Positions 57,533 to 62,986 of a stretch of 62,986 nt of DNA are shown here, piece after piece. The notes under the pieces were generated by a model. It had not been told where the DNA came from and did no database searches. It was given only the letters and a program-made list of their open reading frames with translations. The first letter of the stretch is position 1, and each line of letters begins with the position of its first letter. The stretch spans positions 1 through 62,986 of the forward strand of contig JBBIQY010000006.1 of NCBI GenBank assembly GCA_037442085.1. The letters run 5' to 3'. Both the position numbers and the translations under genes were made by a program. The DNA comes from Anaerolineae bacterium (lineage in GTDB: Bacteria; Chloroflexota; Anaerolineae; Anaerolineales; UBA6663).

Positions 57533-59464
57533 TCAGGCGGGCTCCCGACGGCTGGCTGTGCGTTCACGAGCGAGTATGGCTTCGGCGACTTTCTCCAGCG
57601 CGACTCGTTGTTTGCGATACAGATCGGCCTCACTCACCGCCAGACGGGCGGCCACATCGCGCACGCGTTCTCCCTGGAGGAATTTCATCTCGAGGATGTT
57701 GTAGAGCAGCCATTCGGTGGTGGTCTTGCGTTGCCCCTCGGGCTTGATGGTTTCCACCGCCTCGCTGAGCACGGCGCGCAGCGCGTTGACGGCGTTGCCG
57801 TCGTGCTGGTCAATGGCGTTCTGCACTACGCGCAGGCGCAGCAGCGGGCTTTCAGTGAGCTTCGGCCCGCCCCAGTAATGGCTCAGGGCGTCCTTGATCA
57901 TGGCAGGGAGATCGGCGGCGTCCAGGGGTGGTTCGGGCGCGGCCAGGCGTTCTGCGCTGGTGTATGCGCCGGAAGCGCGCAGGCGCTGCACCCGTTCGAT
58001 ATCCGGCAGAAGCTGGTCGAGCGCCTGAAAGACATCGCGCTGAAGACGGCGGTCTTCCAGGGCGGCGGCGGCGCGCGCCGAGAGGCGGCTGAAGGTGACG
58101 GCCGACTCGGCGGTTAGCCGGGTAGCATCGCCGGCCTGCACGCCCAGAAGCCCCAGCGTCTCGCCGGAGTTCGCACCGCGCAGCGGCAGGATCCAGTATT
58201 CACCCCAGGCGAACAGCCCGCCGGGAAACAACTCGGCCTGTCGCCCGTTGAGGCCGGGGATCTCGACCGGCGTCGTGCGCAGGGCGGAGAGCGGCGGCAA
58301 GGTGCCCTTGGCCCGCAGTTCCACGGCTGTGCCTACCGCGACTTCATAATCAATCTTGCCCTGTTCATCAAACGCGGCCAGGAACGCCGACGGGCTGCTC
58401 AACGCGTCACACAACGCCGCCAGCACGGACTCGAAGAATTGCTGCAGGTCGCGCGTGGTCAGCAGGCGTTCTTCCAGTGTTTGCAGCCGGCGCAACTCCA
58501 GCCGGTCCGCGCCGTAGAACAGCGCGCGCTCGATGGGCAGGCGAACCAGCGTAATCAGGAATTGCAGTAGCAGCAGCACGGCGACGAGCAGGAAGGGCAC
58601 GGCGCGCGGGTCGTAAAGCGGCAGGGCCGGGCCGTAGCGCACGACGAGCACATACATGGCCAGCACCGTGGAAGCCACGAGCGGCCCGCGCAGGAACCAC
58701 TGGAAGAAGCGCGCCTTGATGATGCGATCCGGCTGGGCCACGCCAAAGTAGGCGACGGTGTAGGCCATGACCAGCAACAACAGGGAGACGGCGGCGTTGG
58801 TGAGGATGACGAGCGTCCAGAAGAGGATGGGGTGGAGGGAGGCCGTTTGCCCCGCGATCAGGAGGAACGGAAACGCGCCCAGCGGCGGCGCGGCGGCGGA
58901 TACCATCAGGTACAACATGCGCCGGCGCGCAGTCGAGGTCTGGCAACGGCGATAGGCGCGCACGAAGTTCCATCCGGCCCAGCTCAGGCTGCCGATGAAG
59001 TAAGCCATAAACACCGGGAAGAGGAAGCCGGCGCGCAGGCGGCCTACACCATTCTCCAGGACAGCGGCTTTCACGAGGCTATCGGTGAACAGCGCCGCCG
59101 CCAGGAACGTGAGCGCCAGCAGGTAGAGCACGCGGATGGAGACGCGCCGCCGCCCACGCGAGGGCTGGCCGGTCGTCGCCAGCAGGGCGTCGGAAAAGTG
59201 CAGATAGGCCGCCGGGATGGCGGCGATGCCCAGCCACTGAAAGCGCAGCCAGAATTCGGCCCGGGAGAGGTCCGTTATCGTGCTGATGAGCACATCGCAA
59301 AAGTAGACGACGGTGATGAAGGCGAGCAGAGCGGCGAAGGAGCGCGCCACACGTTCACGCAGGTTGAAGGTCAGCGCGTAGAGCAGTAGCGAGAACGCTG
59401 TGATGACGATGCCGGAGGCGAGGATCTGGCTGAGGGTGGCCAGGCCGTTGATGAGGGTTGACAT
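57533..59464 (-). CDS. HisKA_7TM-like membrane sensor fused to a C-terminal sigma70-region-4-like HTH (no kinase domain)
   Basis: WLRFQWLGIAAIPAAYLHF 7TM-sensor motif; about 9 TMs; possible GAF-like middle; C-terminal ILEMKFLQGERVRDVAARLAVSEADLYRKQRVAL. Confidence 0.75.
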   Translation of the reverse strand: MSTLINGLATLSQILASGIVITAFSLLLYALTFNLRERVARSFAALLAFITVVYFCDVLISTITDLSRAEFWLRFQWLGIAAIPAAYLHFSDALLATTGQPSRGRRRVSIRVLYLLALTFLAAALFTDSLVKAAVLENGVGRLRAGFLFPVFMAYFIGSLSWAGWNFVRAYRRCQTSTARRRMLYLMVSAAAPPLGAFPFLLIAGQTASLHPILFWTLVILTNAAVSLLLLVMAYTVAYFGVAQPDRIIKARFFQWFLRGPLVASTVLAMYVLVVRYGPALPLYDPRAVPFLLVAVLLLLQFLITLVRLPIERALFYGADRLELRRLQTLEERLLTTRDLQQFFESVLAALCDALSSPSAFLAAFDEQGKIDYEVAVGTAVELRAKGTLPPLSALRTTPVEIPGLNGRQAELFPGGLFAWGEYWILPLRGANSGETLGLLGVQAGDATRLTAESAVTFSRLSARAAAALEDRRLQRDVFQALDQLLPDIERVQRLRASGAYTSAERLAAPEPPLDAADLPAMIKDALSHYWGGPKLTESPLLRLRVVQNAIDQHDGNAVNALRAVLSEAVETIKPEGQRKTTTEWLLYNILEMKFLQGERVRDVAARLAVSEADLYRKQRVALEKVAEAILARERTASRREPA

Positions 59465-59568
59465 ACCGACGAAACTGATTAACGGCGCCAGAGGTCAAGT
59501 GTCGGGCAACAATCCTGGCAGTCGCGCGTTAAGCGTCCACAGATCTGTGACACTTTGACATGGAACGC

Positions 59569-60108
59569 TCACTTGAGATTGGCGCCAAAGAAAACGGCGA
59601 CATCCTGGTTGGGATAATAGCGGTCGTTGTAGCCGCAGTACACCAGGCCATTCTTTTGGGCAAAGCAGATGGCCGGGTAGTTCTTGGACTGAGTCTCGAG
59701 CACCACGCGCTGCAAGCCGTTCTGGCGCGCCCAGTGCAGCGCGGCGGTCAGCAGCACCGTGCCCACGCCTGTCCGGCGAAAGCGGCGTTCTACACCCAGG
59801 TCGGCGATCCAACCCACGCCGGGCACGGGGGCCAGCGTCAGATTCACGTAGCCCTTCAGAACGCCGGCCTCCTCGGCTGCCAGAAAGCATACTCGCTTGT
59901 TCCAGGCTTCGATCAGGTGGCGCGGGTCACGCGGCGGGCTGGCGCGCACGGAACGCGGCAGGCGCGCGTTACGGAAGGTCACGTAAACGGCCTCGCCTTC
60001 CTCACGCGTCTCCATTTGCCAGACGTTCTCGGTGCTGTAGCTATGGTCGAGCGCCGTGAGCGCGGCCAGGTCGGCGGATTGAGCCGGACGGATTTGAACT
60101 TGCGGCAT
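59569..60108 (-). CDS. GNAT-family N-acetyltransferase (Sat-like)
   Basis: IADLGVERRFRRTGVGTVLL (motif A), LETQSKNYPAICFAQKNG; TAAAAT 6 nt before the ATG (leaderless). Confidence 0.9.
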   Translation of the reverse strand: MPQVQIRPAQSADLAALTALDHSYSTENVWQMETREEGEAVYVTFRNARLPRSVRASPPRDPRHLIEAWNKRVCFLAAEEAGVLKGYVNLTLAPVPGVGWIADLGVERRFRRTGVGTVLLTAALHWARQNGLQRVVLETQSKNYPAICFAQKNGLVYCGYNDRYYPNQDVAVFFGANLK

Positions 60109-60129
60109 GCCCGGATTTTACCCGATACG

Positions 60130-60813
60130 TCAGGGTGCCAGGGTAGGGGCGGGCGCGGCATTGATGGGGGCAAAGGTCACTGCCACCGTGCAGGGGGGAT
60201 AGGTTTTGCCCAGATTATCCAAGACAACCAGGCGAAAGGCGTATTCACCGGCTTGAAACGAGTTGACGTTGAATTGGCCGAGGCGCCCGTTCACCTTCGG
60301 CTCTTTGCCGACGTTCAGCGTGACCCAGGCGCCGTTCGTCGCGACGCCGCTGATCTCGATCCGATAGAAAGCGAGGTTGGGGACATTGGCCGTGCCGAGG
60401 ACCTCGACTTCGCCGGTCAATCGCTCGCCGCTGGCCGGTTGTGTGAAGATCACGCGGCTCGGGTCACAGCCGCTGGAGTCCACGGTGAGCGGGCCGGCGG
60501 CGAGGATCGGGGTCGGCGTCGGGGCGAGGGTGGGTTGCAGTTCCGGCGGCAATTCGGTCGGCTCGGCTAACCAGGCCGGGGCAACGTAACGATTGGCGAG
60601 GTGGATGGAAGCGCCCAGTGCGAGGCAGAACAGCAGACCGGAGAGGGCGGTGTCCAGACGGCGACGCGCCAGGGTTTTTTCCAGGCCGAACGGCGTCCGG
60701 TCCATGCGTCGCACGGCCAGCAATGCGAACGCAACACAGATCAGGCCAACTGCCGCGAGCAGGCCGTAGAGCCTGAGTTCGTGTTCGGCCAGCAATCGGA
60801 TGACATCTTCCAT
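60130..60813 (-). CDS. Hypothetical membrane protein with Pro/Thr linker and Ig-like C-terminal domain
   Basis: Two TMs, PTPTP linker, beta-rich domain (VEVLGTA, GEYAFRLVVLDN.G) bracketed by two Cys. Confidence 0.75.
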   Translation of the reverse strand: MEDVIRLLAEHELRLYGLLAAVGLICVAFALLAVRRMDRTPFGLEKTLARRRLDTALSGLLFCLALGASIHLANRYVAPAWLAEPTELPPELQPTLAPTPTPILAAGPLTVDSSGCDPSRVIFTQPASGERLTGEVEVLGTANVPNLAFYRIEISGVATNGAWVTLNVGKEPKVNGRLGQFNVNSFQAGEYAFRLVVLDNLGKTYPPCTVAVTFAPINAAPAPTLAP

Positions 60814-60864
60814 TCCGGCATCAGGCTGGCAGAGGCAGCGCCGCGGTCTTCAACGCCGTTGGAC

Positions 60865-61707
60865 TCAATGTCGCATCCGGCGTAACACGCCGCGCACGAG
60901 CGTGGTCAGTTTGGGCGCTAATACTTTTCCGGCCTCCAGGACTTCTTCGTGTGTGGTCACTGTGCTGCCGTCGAGGTTGGCCTTATTGCTGATGCCGGAG
61001 AAGCCCAGAACACGCAGGCCGCCGTGGCGGGCCACAATCACCTCCGACACGGTGGACATGCCGACCGCGTCCGCGCCGGCCAGGCGCAGGAAGCGCAATT
61101 CGGCTGGGGTTTCGAACGACGGTCCGGCCAGGCCGCAGTACACGCCCTGGTGCAGCGGCAGGCCGGCCTCGGCAGCGGCGGCGATCGCCAGCGTCCGCCA
61201 CTCCCGGTCATACGGAACGCTCATATCGGGGAAACGCGGCCCCAGCGAAGGATCATTGGGCCCGCGCAAGGGTGAGAGGCCCGCCATGCCGATCAGATTG
61301 AGGTGGTCGGTGATCAGCATCACATCGCCGGGCGCATAATCCGGGTTGATGGCCCCCGCGGCGTTGGTGATGATGAGGGTCTGAAAGCCCAGCAGTTGCA
61401 TGACGCGAATGGGCAGGGTCACCTGCTGGATGCTGTGGCCTTCGTAGTAATGGGCGCGGCCCTGCTGAACAAGAACCGTTTGTTCCTCCAACCGTCCGAT
61501 GATGAGCCGCCCGGCGTGCCCGTGAACGGTGGAGCGCGGCCAGTGCGGGATATCGGCAGTGGCAATGAAATCGGCGTTCTCGACGGCGTCAGCCAGGGCG
61601 CCCAACCCGGAACCCAGCACGATACCGATGGTGGGTTGCTGCTGCGTGCGGGCGCGGATGAAGGCGGCCGCTTCTTCATAGTGGGCACGGTCGAGGGAAG
61701 TCTCCAT
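60865..61707 (-). CDS. punA: Purine nucleoside phosphorylase, trimeric class
   Basis: GIVLGSGLG, STVHGHAGRL, QGRAHYYEG, TNAAGAIN, GPSFETPAE, DAVGMSTVSE. Confidence 0.93.
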   Translation of the reverse strand: METSLDRAHYEEAAAFIRARTQQQPTIGIVLGSGLGALADAVENADFIATADIPHWPRSTVHGHAGRLIIGRLEEQTVLVQQGRAHYYEGHSIQQVTLPIRVMQLLGFQTLIITNAAGAINPDYAPGDVMLITDHLNLIGMAGLSPLRGPNDPSLGPRFPDMSVPYDREWRTLAIAAAAEAGLPLHQGVYCGLAGPSFETPAELRFLRLAGADAVGMSTVSEVIVARHGGLRVLGFSGISNKANLDGSTVTTHEEVLEAGKVLAPKLTTLVRGVLRRMRH

Positions 61708-61784
61708 GTGTTTTCTATCGAAGATGAGGTGGACAGCGGCGATGACCGAGGGAACGGATTCGATCAGGCCCGTTCCATCCCGCC

Positions 61785-62699
61785 TCAACTCGTCGGCGCG
61801 GAGTCAGCGTCGGCGATCGTTTCCACGGCCAGGGCCGGCGGAGGATCGGGCGGCTGCTTGTAAACCTGCGTGGTCGAGAGGTTCGCGTGGCCGAGCAGCT
61901 CCTGCACGCGGCGCAGGCTCTCGCCGGTGCCTACCAGCGATTTGGCGAAGGAGTGCCGCAGGGTGTGGGGCGTCACTTCCATGGCGATGCCGGCTGCTTC
62001 CGCCGCTTCTTTGATGATCAACCATACGCCCTGGCGGGTGAGTTTCCTGCCGCGGTGATTGAGGAAGAAGATGTCGGGCGAAGCCTCGCTGGCCAGCGCC
62101 GGGCGAGCGGTCTGCAGGTAAGTCTCCAGGGAAGCGCGAGCCGAGCCCATCGGGATGCGGCGGGTACGACCGCCTTTGCCTCGGCAAATGACCTCTGCTT
62201 TTTCCCAGTCCACGTCGGTCAGGCTCAAGTTCACCACTTCCGTCACGCGCATCCCGGTGGCAGCCAGCAGTTCCAACAAGGCGCTGTCACGCAAATGTTT
62301 GGGCGAGTTGCCGGAGCGTGGCGCAGCCAGCAGACGCTCGAGGTCCTCTTTGCCGATGGTCTTCGGCGTGCTTTTCTGGATTTTTGGAGAGCGGAGGTGC
62401 GCTGCCGGGTCGGAAGTGATCAGGCCCTGCTCGGTGAGGGAGTGAAAAAAGGATTTGACTGCTGCGATTTTGCGTGCAACCGTCGAGGGGGCATAACCGC
62501 CTTCGGGTTGTTGAATTCTTTCGACATAAGCCTGCACCATCTCCGGCGTGACCTTGCTTGGGTCTGCCGCGCCGCCGCGATATTCGCGCAAGAAATGCGC
62601 AAACTGCCTCAGGTCATTGCGATAGGCGGCGATGGTATTGTCAGAGTAACCCTTCTCGCTACTCAGGCCGGTTAGGAACTGTTGAAGATATTGTTCCAT
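61785..62699 (-). CDS. xerD: Site-specific tyrosine recombinase, XerD-like
   Basis: SEKGYSDNTIAAYRNDL, STVARKIAAVKSFF, TGMRVTE, GKGG, TPHTLRHSFA, QELLGHANLSTTQVY (all catalytic residues present). Confidence 0.85.
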   Translation of the reverse strand: MEQYLQQFLTGLSSEKGYSDNTIAAYRNDLRQFAHFLREYRGGAADPSKVTPEMVQAYVERIQQPEGGYAPSTVARKIAAVKSFFHSLTEQGLITSDPAAHLRSPKIQKSTPKTIGKEDLERLLAAPRSGNSPKHLRDSALLELLAATGMRVTEVVNLSLTDVDWEKAEVICRGKGGRTRRIPMGSARASLETYLQTARPALASEASPDIFFLNHRGRKLTRQGVWLIIKEAAEAAGIAMEVTPHTLRHSFAKSLVGTGESLRRVQELLGHANLSTTQVYKQPPDPPPALAVETIADADSAPTS

Positions 62700-62786
62700 A
62701 TATCGTTTGCCTCATCGAGAAACAGGGTAAGTATAGCATCTTTTCATAAAACACATCGTGCCCCTTGGCATGGCACATCAAACTGT

Positions 62787-62986
62787 TAGGAGTTACGCAG
62801 TTGACAGTTGGAGGTACGGATTGGCCAAGTAGGCGCGCACCGCGTCGCGGATGATGGCAGTTTTGGCTTCAAACCAGGAAGTGCCCGTTCGCAACCGTTG
62901 GACTTCCAAGCGCAGGAAGGCGCGCACGGCCAACCCAATGTGGTTACGTTGCGCTTGGGCGGCGCGATGCTGGGCGCGCTCGATGC
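62787..62986 (-). mobile_element. Right end of an IS701-family insertion sequence, truncated by the window
   Basis: Terminal sequence TAGGAGTTACGCAGTT starting at 62787 overlaps the transposase stop codon, as is typical of this family. Confidence 0.8.
62793..62986 (-). CDS. IS701-family transposase, C-terminal part
   Basis: Not in the ORF track. Reads IERAQHRAAQAQRNHIGLAVRAFLRLEVQRLRTGTSWFEAKTAIIRDAVRAYLANPYLQLSTA-stop. Confidence 0.8.
   Translation of the reverse strand, partial: IERAQHRAAQAQRNHIGLAVRAFLRLEVQRLRTGTSWFEAKTAIIRDAVRAYLANPYLQLSTA

Noticed and set aside
59569-60108. Streptothricin-resistance gene
   Set aside because: Similarity is only at the general Sat-like GNAT level, in a housekeeping context; the substrate cannot be assigned.
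61785-62699. Tyrosine recombinase as a prophage or integron integrase
   Set aside because: Length and N-terminal motifs fit XerD; it sits next to housekeeping punA; no integron-specific insertion, phage genes or attC sites were seen.

Overview
A GC-rich bacterial chromosomal segment, most likely Chloroflexota (Anaerolineae-like). That assignment is an inference from the C-terminal LYLPLIxR motifs, Pro/Thr-linker lipoproteins and gene content. Left to right it holds: (1) a BMP-family nucleoside/sugar ABC transporter operon; (2) a minus-strand array downstream of a large AAA-TPR-LuxR (LAL) regulator, containing a globin, small ORFs, an internally deleted surface-protein gene, a HEXXH protease, a 10-repeat beta-propeller and a DUF4242 protein, preceded by a perfect 14-bp tandem repeat; (3) an atypical OmpR-type regulator, a PfkB kinase, an M20 peptidase and a GGDEF-EAL protein; (4) a nine-gene MoxR/DUF58/VWA/ABC operon; (5) a GH36 alpha-galactosidase; (6) five exported M23 peptidases (three LysM + LasA-like, two M23B-like) around ftcD; (7) an orphan solute-binding protein, a clan GH-A hydrolase and a CBS protein; (8) glcD-mscS-glcE-glcF; (9) ftsK, a short S1 paralogue, a 7TM-HTH protein, a GNAT, a purine nucleoside phosphorylase and xerD; (10) the 3' end of an IS701-family element. 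No rRNA, tRNA or CRISPR array was seen. The best candidates for undescribed systems are the LAL-controlled gene array, the five-M23 locus, the 7TM-HTH regulator and the 7-9 nt tandem-repeat elements at gene junctions, which are either absorbed into protein termini or form stop/start-coupled mini-ORFs. All family calls come from reading motifs by eye; no database searches were run.
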